Origin: Eledone cirrhosa
Lineage: Eukaryota
DNA: 64,000 nt
Reading direction: 5' to 3'
Assembly (NCBI GenBank): GCA_964016885.1
Contig: OZ024743.1
Location: 66,960,001-67,024,000 of the forward strand
Positions 1 through 14,404 of the stretch are shown in pieces (within the stretch, counting starts at the first letter, position 1; each line of letters opens with the position of its first letter). The translations under genes were made by a program, and so were the position numbers. The notes beneath the pieces were generated by a model. The model worked only from the letters and a program-made list of their open reading frames with translations, made no database searches and was not told the DNA's origin.

Positions 1-3000
1 AATATATTACTGTAGATGTAGTGTTATATAACAACACTAGAGAGGTATTACTGCAGATGTGTTGTGTTATACCGCAATAGAGATATATTACTGTAGATGT
101 AGTGTAATATCACATCAATAGAGAGGTATTACTGTAGATGTGGTGTGATATATCACATCAATAGTGAGGTATTACTGTAGTTGTGGTGTGTTATATCACA
201 TCAATAGAGATGTATTACTGTAGTTGTGTTGTGTTATATCACATCAATAGAGATGTATTACTGTAGTTGTGTTGTGTTATATCACATCAATAGAGAGGTA
301 TTACTGTAGATGTGGTGTGATATATCACAACAATAGAGAGGTATTAATGTAGATGTGGTGTGTTATATCACAACACTAGAGAGGTATTACTGTAGTTGTG
401 GTGTGTTATACCACCATAATACAGAGGTATTACTGTAGATGTGGTGTGTTATATCACAACACTAGTGAGGTATTACTGTAGATGTGGTGTGTTATACCAC
501 AACAGAGAGGTATTACTGAAGATGTGGTGTATTATATCATATCAATAGAGAGGTATTACTGTAGATGTGGTGTGTTATACCACAATAGAGATATATTATT
601 GTAGTTGTGGTGTGTTATATCACATCACTAGAGAGGTATTACTGTAGATGTGGTGTGTTATATCACAACAATAAAGAGGTATTACTATAGATGTAGTGTT
701 ATATCACAACACTAGAGAGGTATTACTGTAGATGTGTTGTGTTATACCACAATAGAGAGGTATTACTGTAATTGTGATGTGTTATATCACAACAATATAG
801 AAGTATTACTGTAGATGCGGTTTGTTATATCACATCACTAGAGAGGTATTACTGTAGATGTAGTGTTATATCACAACACTAGAGAGGTATTACTGTAAAT
901 GTGGTGTGTTATATCACAACAATAGAGAGGTATTACTGTAGATGTGTTGTGTTATACCACAATAGAGAGGTATTACTGTAATTGTGGTGTGTTATATCAC
1001 AACAATAGAGAGGTATTACTGTAGATGTGGTGTGTTATTTTATAATAGAGGGGTATTACTGTAGATGTGGTGTGTTATATCACAACACTACAGATGTATT
1101 TCTGTAGATGTGGTGTGTTATATCAAAAAACTAGAGAGGTATTACTGTAGATGTGGTGTGTTATATCACAACAATAGAGAGGTATCACTGTAGTTGTGGT
1201 GTGTTATATCACAACAATAGAGAGGTATTACTGTAGATGTGGTGTGTTATGCCACAACAATAGAGAGGTATTACTGTAGATGTGGTGTGTCATATCACAT
1301 CAATAGAGAGGTATTACTGTAGTTGTGGTGTGTTATATCACAATAGAGAGGTATTACTGTAATTGTGGTGTGTTATATCACAACAATATAGAGGTATTAC
1401 TGTAGATGCGGTGTGTTATATCACATCACTAGAGAGGTATTACTGTAGATGTAGTGTTATATCACAACACTAGAGAGGTATTACTGTAGATGTGGTGTGT
1501 TATATCACAACAATAGAGAGGTATTACTGTAGTTGTGGTGTGCTATATCACAACACTAGAGAGGTATTACTGTAGATGCGGTGTGTTATATCACAACAAT
1601 AGAGAGGTATTACTGTAGATGTGGTGTTTTATATCACATCAATAGAGAGGTATTACTGTAGATGGGGTGTGTCATATCACAACACTAGAGAGGTATTACT
1701 GTAGATGTGGTGTGTTATATCACAACACTAGAGAGGTATTACTATAGATGTGGTGTGTTATATCACAACAATAGAGAGGTATTACTGTAGTTGCGTTGTG
1801 TTATATCACAATAGAGAGTTATTACTGTAGTTGTGTTGTGTTATCTCACAACAATAGAGAGTTATTACTGTAGTTGTGTTGTGTTATATTACAACACTAG
1901 AGAGGTATTACTGTAGATGCGGTGTGTTATATCACAATAGAGAGGTATTACTGTAGTTGCGGTGTGTTATATCACAATAGAGATATATTACTGTAGTTGT
2001 GGTGTGTTATACCACATCAATAGGGATGTATTACTGCAGTTGTGGTGTGTTATATCACATCACTAGAGAGGTATTACTCCAGATGTGGTGTGTTATACCA
2101 CAACAATAGAGAGGTATTTCTGTAGATGTGTGTGTGTTATATCACAATGGAGAGGTATTACTGTAGTTGCTGTGTGTTATATCACAATAGAGATATATTA
2201 CTGTAGATGTGGTGTGTTATATCACAATAGAGAGGTATTACTGTAGTTGTGGTGTGTTATATCACAACAATAGAGAGGAATTACTGTAGTTGTGGTGTGT
2301 TATATCAAAATAGAGAGGTATTACTGTAGATGTGGTGTGTTATACCACAATAGAGAGGTATTACTGTAGATGTGGTGTGTTATATCACATCACTAGAGAG
2401 GTATTACTGTAGATGTGGTGTGTTATATCTCAACAATAGTGAGGTATTACTGTAGTTGTGGTGTGTTATATCACAATAGACAGGTATTACTGTAGTTGTG
2501 GTCTGTTATATCACAACAATACAGAGGTATTATTGTAGATGTGGTGTGTTATATCACAATAGAGAGGTATTACTGTAGTTGTGGTGTGTTATATAACATC
2601 AATAGAGAGGTATTACTGTAGATCTGGTGTGTTATATTACAATAGAGAGGTATTACTGTAGTTGTGGTGTGTTATATCACAACACTAGAGAGGTATTTAT
2701 GTAGGTGTTGTGTTATATCACAACAATAGAGAGGTATTACTGTAGATGTAGTGTTATATCACAACACTAGAGAGGTATTACTGTAGATGTGTTGTGTTAT
2801 ACCACAATAGAGATATATTACAGTAGATGTGGTGTGTTATACCACAATAGAAATATATTACTGTAGATGTAGTGTTATATAACAACACTAGAGAGGTATT
2901 ACTGCAGATGTGTTGTGTTATACCGCAATAGAGATATATTACTGTAGATGTAGTGTTATATCAAATCAATAGAGAGGTATTACTGTAGATGTGGTGTGAT

Positions 3001-5985
3001 ATATCACATCAATAGTGAGGTATTAATGTAGATGTGGTGTGTTATATCACAACACTAAAGAGGTATTACTGTAGTTGTGGTGTGTTATATCACAACAATA
3101 GAGAGGTATAACTGTAGATGCGGTGTGTTATATCACATCAATAGAGAGGTATTACTGTAGTTGTGGTGTGTTATATCACAACAATAGAGAGGTATTACTG
3201 TAATTGTGTTGTGTTATATCACATCAATATATATGTATTACTATAGATGTTGTGTGGTATATTACATCACTAGAGAGGTATTACTGTAGATGTGGTGTGT
3301 TATATCACAACAATTGGGAGGTATTACTGTAGTTGTGGTGTGTTATATCACATCACTAGAGAGGTATTACTCCAGATGTGGTGTGTTATATCACAACACT
3401 AGAGAGGTATTACTGTAGTTGTGGTGTGTTATACCACCATAATACAGAGGTATTACTGTAGATGTGGTGTGTTATATCACAACACTAGTGAGGTATTACT
3501 GTAGATGTGGTGTGTTATACCACAACAGAGAGGTATTAATGCAGATGTGGTGTATTATATCATATCAATAAAGAGGTATTACTGTAGATGTGGTGTGTTA
3601 TACCACAATAGAGATATATTATTGTAGTTGTGGTGTGTTATATCACATCACTAGAGAGGTATTACTGTAGATGTGGTGTGTTATATCACAACAATAAAGA
3701 GGTATTACTGTAGATGTAGTGTCATATCACAACACTAGAGAGGTATTACTGTAGATGTGTTGTGTTATACCACAATAGAGAGGTATTACTGTAATTGTGG
3801 TGTGTTATATCACAACAATATAGAGGTATTACTGTAGATGCGGTGTGTTATATCACATCACTAGAGAGGTATTACTGTAGATGTAGTGTTATATCACAAC
3901 ACTAGAGAGGTATTACTGTAGATGTGGTGTGTTATATCACAACAATAGAGAGGTATTACTGTAGATGTGTTGTGTTATACCACAATAGAGAGGTATTACT
4001 GTAATTGTGGTGTGTTATATCACAACAATAGAGAGGTATTACTGTAGATGTGGTGTGTTATATCACAATAGAGGGGTATTACTGTAGATGTGGTGTGTTA
4101 TATCACAACACTACAGATGTATTACTGTAGATGTGGTGTGTTATATCAAAAAACTAGAGAGGTATTACTGTAGATGTGGTGTGTTATATCACAACAATAG
4201 AGAGGTATCACTGTAGTTGTGGTGTGTTATATCACAACACTAGAGAGGTATTACTGTAGATGTGGTGTGTTATGCCACAACAATAGAGAGGTATTACTGT
4301 AGATGTGGTGTGTCATATCACATCAATAGAGAGGTATTACTGTAGTTGTGGTGTGTTATATCACAATAGAGATATATTACTGTAGATGTGGTGTGTTATA
4401 TCAGAATAGAGATATATTACTGTCGATGTGGTGTGTTATATCACAACAATAGAGAGGTATTACTGTAGTTGTGGTGTGTTATATCACATCACTAATGAGG
4501 TATTTCTCCAGATGTGGTGTGTTATATCACAACACTAGTGAGGTATTACTGTAGATGTGGTGTGTTATACCACAACAGAGAGGTATTACTGCAGATGTGG
4601 TGTATTATATCATATCAATAAAGAGGTATTACTGTAGATGTGGTGTGTTATACCACAATAGAGATATATTATTGTAGTTGTGGTGTGTTATATCACATCA
4701 CTAGAGAGGTATTACTGTAGATGTGGTGTGTTATATCACAACAATAAAGAGGTATTACTGTAGATGTAGTGTTATATCACAACACTAGAGAGGTATTACT
4801 GTAGATGTGTTGTGTTATACCACAATAGAGAGGTATTACTGTAATTGTGGTGTGTTATATCACAACAATATAGAGGTATTACTGTAGATGCGGTGTGTTA
4901 TATCACATCACTAGAGAGGTATTACTGTAGATGTAGTGTTATATCACAACACTAGAGAGGTATTACTGTAGATGTGGTGTGTTATATCACAATAGAGGGG
5001 TATTACTGTAGATGTGGTGTGTTATATCACAACACTACAGATGTATTACTGTAGATGTGGTGTGTTATATCAAAAAACTAGAGAGGTATTACTGTAGATG
5101 TGGTGTGTTATATCACAACAATAGAGAGGTATCACTGTAGTTGTGGTGTGTTATATCACAACAATAGAGAGGTATTACTGTAGATGTGGTGTGTTATGCC
5201 ACAACAATAGAGAGGTATTACTGTAGGTGTGGTGTGTCATATCACATCAATAGAGAGGTATTACTGTAGTTGTGGTGTGTTATATCACAATAGAGAGGTA
5301 TTACTGTAGGTTTGTTGTGTCATATCACAACAATAGAGAGGTATTACTGTAGTTGTGGTGTGTTATATCACAACAATAGAGAGGTATTACTGTAGTTGTT
5401 GTGTGTTATATCACATCAATAGAGAGGTATTACTGTAGATGTGGTGTGTCATATCACAACACTAGAGAGGTATTACTGTAGATGTGGTGTGTTATATCAC
5501 CACAATAGAGAGGTATTACTGTAGTTGCGGTGTGTTATATCACAATAGAGATATATTACTGTAGATGTGGTGTGTTATATCAGAATAGAGATATATTACT
5601 GTCGATGTGGTGTGTTATATCACAACAATAGAGAGGTATTACTGTAGTTGTGGTGTGTTATATCACATCACTAATGAGGTATTTCTCCAGATGTGGTGTG
5701 TTATACCACAACACTAGTGAGGTATTTCTGTAGATGTGTTGTGTTATATCACAATAGAGAGGTATTACTGTAGTTGCGGTGTGTTATATCACAATAGAGA
5801 TATATTACTGTAGATGTGGTGTGATATATCATAACACTAGAGAGGTATTACTGTAGATGTGGTGTGTTATATCACAATAGAGAGGTATTACTGTAGTTGC
5901 GGTGTGTTATATCACAATAGAGATATATTACTGTAGATGTGGTGTTTTATATTACAGCAATAGTGACATTACAGTAGATGTAGTA
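1..5985. repeat. Satellite array, 40-43-bp monomer (consensus AGAGAGGTATTACTGTAGATGTGGTGTGTTATATCACAACAAT), running off the left edge of the window
   Basis: Continuous head-to-tail monomers with length variants. Diagnostic variants recur (e.g. ATCAAAAAACTAG at ~1122, ~4145, ~5069). Confidence 0.97.
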
Positions 5986-5994
5986 TCACATAAG

Positions 5995-6135
5995 GCGACG
6001 AATTGGCATATTCGTTGGAAAATCAGATAGTATGCTTTCCTGTATCTGTTCCAGCCATTTCCTCTCTGGGCTCAAATCCCACCGAGATCACCTTTGCCTT
6101 TCAACCTTTCGAGGTCGATAAAAAATGTACCAGTC
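5995..6135 (+). mobile_element. Degenerate tRNA-derived SINE (family 1)
   Basis: A-box-like TGGCATATTCGTTGG, B-box-like GGCTCAAATCCC and core TTTGCCTTTCAACCTTTCGAGGTCGATAAAA, shared with the other copies. Confidence 0.8.
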
Positions 6136-6394
6136 TAGTACTAAAGTCAATTCTTAGTCTATATCTCTTTCTCACTGTTGCTCTCTCACTTTCTATCCTT
6201 CTCCGGAAGATATCTTCTCTGTTTAGACCTGGAAAGGAGACGGTACGGGATAAAAGGGGAAAGGACAGTGTGTTTTACCACAACAATAAAAAAACCAAGA
6301 GAGATATTTATGATGTAGTATGTTATACTAGAGGACTAGAAAGATATGTAATATATTCTTCCACCTCAAGGAAAGAGATAGGAAAACGTATGTA

Positions 6395-7095
6395 ATATAT
6401 TCTACCAGAGCAAGGAGAGATATGATAACAAATGTAATATATTCTACCAGAGAAAGGTGAGATATGACAATAGATGTAAAATAGTATACCAGAGCAAGGA
6501 GAGATATGATAACAAATGTAATATATTCTACCAGAGAAAGGTGAGATATGACAATAGATGTAAAATAGTATACCAGAGCAAGGAGAGATATGATAACAAA
6601 TGTAATATATTCTACCAGAGAAAGGTGAGATATGACAATAGATGTAAAATAGTATACCAGAGCAAGGAGAGATATGATAACAAATGTAATATATTCTACC
6701 AGAGAAAGGTGAGATATGACAATAGATGTAAAATAGTATACCAGAGCAAGGAGAGATATGATAACAAATGTAATATATTCTACCAGAGAAAGGTGAGATA
6801 TGACAATAGATGTAAAATAGTATACCAGAGCAAGGAGAGATATGATAACAAATGTAATATATTCTACCAGAGCAAGGAGTTATATGATAACAGATGTAAT
6901 ATATTCTACCAGAGCAAGGAGAGATATAACAGATGTAAAATATTCTACCAGAGCAAGGAGAGATATCACAACATATCTAAACTAGTATACCAGACCATGG
7001 AGAGATATCACAACAGATCTAAACTAGTATACCAGAGCATGGTGAGATATCACAACAGATGTAATATATTCTACCAGAGCAAGGAGAGATATAAT
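6395..7095. repeat. 42-bp minisatellite organised as an 84-bp dimer (~5 near-perfect copies); degenerate units continue at 7281-7490
   Basis: Alternating units AGAGCAAGGAGAGATATGATAACAAATGTAATATATTCTACC and AGAGAAAGGTGAGATATGACAATAGATGTAAAATAGTATACC. Confidence 0.95.
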
Positions 7096-7279
7096 TATTT
7101 CTACTTTTGGCACAAGGCCAGCAATTATCCCAGTGCATTACTGGTACTTTATTTTAGCGACCCCGTAAGGATGAAAGGCAAAGTTAACCTTGGCGGGATT
7201 TGAACTCAGACAATAAAGGGCCATAACTCTTTGCTGCAAAGCATGGCGTCCGACCCTCTACCGATACTGCCAATCCACC
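7096..7279 (-). mobile_element. tRNA-derived SINE family 1, near full length, inserted in the 42-bp array
   Basis: Matches the family consensus. Flanked by GGAGAGATATAAT at 7083-7095 and 7280-7292, a possible TSD that is ambiguous inside a tandem array. Confidence 0.92.
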
Positions 7280-7492
7280 GGAGAGATATAATAACATGTA
7301 AAATAGTATACCAGAGCAAGGAGAGATATGAAAACAAATGTAATATATTTTACCAGAAGACCGGAGAGATCTGCCAGCAGTTGTTATATATTCTACTAGA
7401 GCGTGTAAAAATGATATGATATCATATGTGTTATATCTGTATCAGACAACTGGGGAGATACATGGCAGATGTTATATATACTACAAGATATT

Positions 7493-7678
7493 GGTGGATT
7501 GGCAGTATCGGTAGAGAGTCGGACGCCATGCTTTGACGCATAGAGTTACGGCCCTTGCCATTCTGAGTTCAAATAACGCCGAGGTTAACTTTGCCTTTCA
7601 TCCTTACGGAGTCGACAAAATAAAGTACCAATAATGCACTGGGTAATTGCTGGCCTTGTGCCAAAAGTAGAAACAGTT
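7493..7678 (+). mobile_element. tRNA-derived SINE family 1, near full length
   Basis: GGTGGATTGGCAGTATCGGTAG (A box) ... GAGTTCAAAT (B box) ... GCCTTTCATCCTTACGGAGTCGA core ... CCAAAAGTAGAAAC tail. Confidence 0.92.
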
Positions 7679-7942
7679 ATATATAATACAAGGGAAATGA
7701 AAAAAAAAATGACAACACAGGTAGGGAAATGTGGAAAAGCTTCGAGTGGAAATCGAAACCATCATCATAGTCTTTCCACCGTTTTGTTATCTATCTACTC
7801 TTCTAATAAAAATTAAACTAAATGGAAAATATGATAAAAACTTTAGAAAATACATCGCAATAAGGAATCAGAATAAAAAAAGGGAGAAAAATAATAAATA
7901 ATTAAGCAACGACAGAATGGTGAGGGAAGGGAGTGATAGACT

Positions 7943-8112
7943 CTGCACCAAAGTCTCGGGTGTTGCAGCTGTACCCCCAGTCTGGGGTTTTTCAGCTGCA
8001 CCCCAGTCTGGGGTGTTTCAGTTGTACCCTAGTCTGGGGTGTTGCAACTGAAACACCCCAGCCTGGGGTATTTCAATTGCACCCCAGTCTGGGGTGTTTT
8101 AGCTGCACCCCG
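7943..8112. repeat. ~26-bp self-complementary minisatellite (CCCCAGTCTGGGGTGTTTCAGCTGCA), ~6 copies
   Basis: Direct tandem units containing CCCCAG-T-CTGGGG hairpins. Confidence 0.85.
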
Positions 8113-8364
8113 TCAACAAAATGGCAAAGATATTGCAAAGGCGAATGGCCGGCGACTCACTACAACAGCCACCCCTAACTCGCAGAGTACCTTTTTGGGG
8201 TGGGCTGCTGTTTTTCTGATTTTACGGAGGGAATCAGAACTGCAGAGATAGAGGGCATGAAAGGTCTCAACGACACCTGGTATTTCATTTAATATATCTC
8301 CATATCTCATGTTTTAATGTTACTGCGTTGAAAGGCCCGGAGGAAGACATGGTGGAATTTATAG

Positions 8365-8798
8365 TTTGAGAGAGAGAGAGGTGGAGAAAGAGGGTGGAGA
8401 GAGGGCAGAGAGAGAAAGAGAGTGTGTGTATATGTGTGTATAAAACTTAGTGATGGGGAATGGTGTGGGGTAAAAGCTGGAGTTGTATGAGGGGAAAGGA
8501 GAGTAAGTGTGGGGTGATGGGTGCGGAGGAGAGGAGAGAGAGGAGGAGAAATAAGAGAGTGAGGGTGAGATGTGAGTGTGGGACAGGGGGAAGAAAGAAT
8601 CTGGAAAGGGAAGAGAAGGGGAGGAGAAAGAAAGGGAGAGGGGTACGAAGGTGAGAGTGGTATGAGAGGGAGAGGGAAGAAGAGAAACATGAGAGAGAGA
8701 GAAAGGATGAGGAAGGAAAAGAGTGAGAAGACGAAGAAAGGGGGAAAGAAATGAGAGTGTGAGCGGGGGTTGGGAGTGAGTGAGGGTAGATGTGGGTA
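8365..8798. repeat. Purine-rich (GA/GGA) low-complexity tract
   Basis: Base composition. Confidence 0.85.
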
Positions 8799-8799
8799 A

Positions 8800-9000
8800 G
8801 ACATTCCTAGTGTTCACTCTACTAAACATGGTTTTGACCCCACCCTGAATGTTATACCCGTTGTCTCTTGGTCGCGTGTAACTATGTGGAAGAGAGAGGG
8901 CGTGTGTTTATAAAGCAACCAACCATAGGGTGTTGCGTGCTCCGTTCTTGGTGACACAACTTATACTGATTGGGATAGGGAGTTGAGGGCAGATCAACAA
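8800..9000 (-). repeat. ~200-bp unique-looking segment, copy A (inverted paralogue of 17668-17868)
   Basis: Reverse complement aligns with 17668-17868 with roughly a dozen differences by eye. Confidence 0.9.
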
Positions 9001-12000
9001 CAACAACAATAGCGAGAGCAACAACAACAACAATAGCGACAACAGCAACAATAACAACAACAATAGCGACAGCAGCAGCAACAGCAACAACAGCAACAAT
9101 AGCAACATCAATAACAAAAACAATGGGAATATAAAAAACAACAACAATAGCGACAGTAACAGAAATATAAACAATAACAGCTACAACAGCAATAACTAGA
9201 GCAACAACAACAACATGAACACCAGAAACAACAACAACAACAACGTCAAAAATTACAGCAACAACAATAAGAACAACAACAGCGACAACAACATCAATAA
9301 CAACAACAATAACAGCAACAACGATAACAACTGCAACAACAACATCAATAACAACACCAATAACAACAACAACAACGATAACAACTGCAACAACAACATC
9401 AATAACAACACCAATAACAGCAACAACGATAACAACAGCGACGACAACATCAATAACAACATCAATAACAGCAACAACGATAACAACAGAAATAACAGCA
9501 ACAACAACATCAATAACAACAGAAATAACAGCAACAACAACATCAATAACAACAGAAATAACAGCAACAACAACATCAATAACAACAGAAATAACAGGAA
9601 CAACAACTTCGATAACAACAGAAATAACAGCAACAACAACATCGATAACAACAGAAATAACAGCAACAACGATAACAACAGAAATAACAGCAACAACAAC
9701 ATCAATAACAACAGAAATAACAGTAACAACAACATCAATAAAAACAGAAATAACAGCAACATGGATAACAACAGAAATAGCAGCACCAATAACAACAACA
9801 ACAATGATAACAACAGCTACAACAACAACAATAACAGCAACAACGATAACAACAGCAACAACAACATCAATAACAACACCAATAACAACAACAACAACAA
9901 AAACAACGATAATAACAGCAACAACAACATCAATAACAACACCAAAAACAACAACAATAACAACAGCAACAACAACATCAATAACAACACCAATAACAAC
10001 AACAACGATAACAACAGTGACAACAACAACAATAACAGCAACAACGATAACAGCAGCAACAACAACATCAATAACAACACCAATAACAACAACAACGACA
10101 ACAACAGCGACAACAACAACAATAACAGCAACAACGATAACAGCAGCAACAACAACATCAATAACAACACCAATAACAACAACAACGATAACAACAGCAA
10201 CAACAACATCAATAACAACACCAATAACAACAGCAACGATAACAACAGTGACAACAACATCAATAACAACACCAATAACAACAGCAACGATAACAACAAC
10301 AACAACGATAACAGCAGCACCAATAACAACAACAACAACGATAACAGCAGCAACAACAACATCAATGACAACACCAATAACAACAACAACAACGATAACA
10401 ACAGCAACAACAACATCAATAACAACACGAATAAAAACAACAACGATAACAGCGACAACAACATCAATAACAACACCAATAACAACAACAACAACAACGA
10501 TAACAACAGCGACAACAACATCAATAACAACACCAATAACAACAACAACGATAACAACAGCGACAACAACATCAATAACAACACCAATAACAACAACAAC
10601 GATAACAACAGCGACAACAACATCAATAACAACACCAATAACAACAACAACGATAACAACAGCGACAACATCAATAACAACACCAATAACAACAACAACA
10701 ACGAAAACAACAGCAACAACAACATCAATACCAACAGAAATAACAGCAACAACAACATCAATAAAAAGAGAAATAACAGCAACAACAACTTCAATACCAA
10801 CAGAAATAACAGCAACAACAACATCAATAACAACAGAAATAACAGCAACAACGATAACAACAGCAACAACAACACCAATAACAACACCAATAACAACAGC
10901 AACGATAACAACAGCAACAACAAAATCAATAACAACACCAATAACAACACCAATAACAACAACAATAACAACAGCGACAACAACATCAATAACAACACCA
11001 ATAACAACAAAAACGATAACAGCAGCAACAACAACAGAAATAACAGCAACAACAACATCAATAACAACAGAAATAACAGCAACATGGATAACAACAGAAA
11101 TAGCAGCAACATCGACAACAACAGAAATAACAGCAACAACAACTTCAATAACAACAGAAATAATAGCAACAACGATAACAACAGAAATAACAGCAACATG
11201 GATAACAACAGAAATAACAGCAACAACAACATCAATAACAACAGAAATAACAGCAACATTAATAACAACAGAAATAACAGCAACATCGATAACAACAGGA
11301 ATAACAGCAACAACAACATCAATAACAACAGAAATAACAGCAACGATGATAACAACAGAAATAACAGCAACAACAACATCAATAAAAACAGAAATAACAG
11401 CATCAACAACATCAATAACAACAGAAATAACAGCATCAACAACATCAATAACAACAGAAATAACAGCAACAACAATATCAATAAAAACAGAAATAACAGC
11501 ATCAACAACATCGATAAGAACAGAAATAACAGCAACATCGATAACAACAGAAATGACAGCAACAACAACATCAATAACAACAGAAATAACAGCAACAACA
11601 ACATCAATACCAACAGAAATAACAGCAACAACAACATCAATAACAACAGAAATAACAGCAACAACAACATCAATAACAACAGAAATAACAGCAACACCGA
11701 TAACAACAGGAATAACAGCAACAACAACAACATCAATAACAACAGAAATAACAGCAACAACGATAACAACAGAAATAACATCAACAACAACATCAATAAC
11801 AACAGAAATAACAGCAACAACAACATCAATAAAAACAGAAATAACAACATCAACAACATCGATAACAACAGAAATAACAGCAACAACAACATCGATGACA
11901 ATAGAAATAACAGCAACATCGATAACAACAGAAATGACAGCAACAACAACATCAATAACAACAGAAATAACAGCAACAACGATAACAACAGAAATAACAG

Positions 12001-13345
12001 CAACAACAACATCAATACCAACAGAAATAACAGCAACAATAACATCAATAACAACAGAAATAACAGCAACAACAACATCAATAACAACAGAAATAACAGC
12101 AACAACAACATCGATAACAACAGAAATAACAGCAACAACAACATCGATAACAACAGAAATAACAGCAACAACAACATCGATAACAACAGAAATAACAGCA
12201 ACAACAACGATAACAACAGAAATAACAGCAACAACAACATCGATAACAACAGAAATAACAGCAACAATAACATCAATAACAACAGAAATAACAGCAACAA
12301 CAACGATAACAACAGAAATAACAGCAACAACAACATCGATAACAACAGAAATAACAGCAACAACAACATCAATTCCAACATAAATAACAGCAACAACAAC
12401 ATCAATAACAACAGAAATAACAGCAACAACAACATCAATACCAACAGAAATAATAGCAACAACAACATCAATAACAACAGAAATAACAGCAATAACGATA
12501 ACAACAGAAATAATAGCAACAACAACATCAATAACAACAGAAATAACAGCAACAACAACAACGATAACAACAGAAACAACAGCATGAACAACATCAATAA
12601 CAACAGAAACAACAGCAACAACGATAACAACAGAAATAACAGCAAGAACAACAACGATAACAACAGAAATAACAGCAACAACAACACCAATAAAAAGAGA
12701 AATAACAGCAACAACAACAACGATAACAACAGAAACAACAGCATGAACAACATCAATAACAACAGAAACAACAGCAACAACGATAACAACAGAAATAACA
12801 GCAAGAACAACAACGATAACAACAGAAATAACAGCAACAGCAACAACGATAACAACAGAAATAACAGCAACAACAACATCGATAAAAAGAGAAATAACAG
12901 CAACAACAACAACGATAACAACAGAAACAACAGCAACAACGATAACAACAGAAATAACAGCAACAACAACATCAATAACAACAGAAACAACAGCATGAAC
13001 AACATCAATAACAACAGAAACAACAGCAACAACGATAACAACAGAAATAACAGCAAGAACAACAACGATAACAACAGAAATAACAGCAACAGCAACAACG
13101 ATAACAACAGAAATAACAGCAACAACAACATCGATAACAACAGAAATAACAGCAACAACAACATCAATAACAACAGAAATAACAGCAACAACAACATCAA
13201 TAACAACAGAAATAACAGCAACAACAACATCAATACCAACAGAAATAACAGCAACAACAACATCAATAACAACAGAAATAACAGCAACAACAACAGCAAC
13301 AAAAACGACTGCAGCAACTACTACAGCACCAACAACAAAAGCATC
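8996..13345. repeat. 4.3-kb compound (AAC/AAT/AGC/ATC) triplet array with a ~27-30-bp higher unit (AACAGAAATAACAGCAACAACAACATCAATAAC)
   Basis: Strict 3-bp periodicity. Explains the overlapping 859-1505 aa low-complexity ORFs. Confidence 0.95.
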
Positions 13346-13349
13346 TATA

Positions 13350-13385
13350 ATAACTGTTTCTACTTTTGGCACAAGGCCAGCAAAA
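13350..13385 (-). mobile_element. 3' stub of SINE family 1
   Basis: TGTTTCTACTTTTGGCACAAGGCCAGCAA is identical to the family tail. Confidence 0.8.
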
Positions 13386-13502
13386 AGTGGTACATACAAT
13401 GAATACCAGAACTGAAAATTATTGAGAAGGGTCGATGATTGACTAAATCAAACTGCTCCAGTACAGCCGCAGTCGAATAACTAAGATCCGTATCTACGCC
13501 GG

Positions 13503-13585
<83 letters not shown>

Positions 13586-13650
13586 ATTCACACATACACA
13601 TATATATATATATATATGTGTGTATTTGTGTATATATATATTAATTTCTT

Positions 13651-13750
13651 AAGGCTAAACAGTGAGTCTTGTTATTCTGGAGTTTCACTTGTTTATCACA
13701 GGGTCTAAACAGGCGAAACTCCAGAGTAACAAGACTCATTGTTTAGCCTT
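13651..13750. repeat. 44-bp inverted repeat (hairpin) between TA tracts
   Basis: AAGGCTAAACAGTGAGTCTTG...GTTT versus AAACAGGCGAAACTCC...GTTTAGCCTT: 4 mismatches, 12-nt loop. Confidence 0.9.
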
Positions 13751-13805
13751 GATAAAATCTCTACTTCGGTATTGAATACTCCTTTCTCTCAGCCACCGAC
13801 CGCAT

Positions 13806-14316
<511 letters not shown>

Positions 14317-14404
14317 GTCAGGACCCCGAGGGCTGAGCTCCGGCCGTTTCGACAGCTAGATCCGAACTGATGCGTTATGGTCCACCTGGTATCTTACCGC
14401 ACCT

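Noticed and set aside
1-5985. CRISPR-like regular repeats (also 28162-29365 and 39915-40405)
   Set aside because: No unique spacers, no cas genes, eukaryotic context.
6457-7203. 248-aa ORF with 14-aa repeats
   Set aside because: Translation of the 42-bp minisatellite running into an antisense SINE; no ATG start.
8113-8360. Short non-repetitive minus-strand ORF (MRYGDILNEIPGVV...)
   Set aside because: 65 aa, no recognisable homology or splice context.
8882-13402. Mucin-like T-rich (859 aa), N-rich (1395 aa) and V/L-rich ORFs
   Set aside because: Four overlapping open frames arise from an AAC-type array. The 1505-aa start reads through a SINE tail (AGLVPKVET), and there is no signal peptide or splice support.
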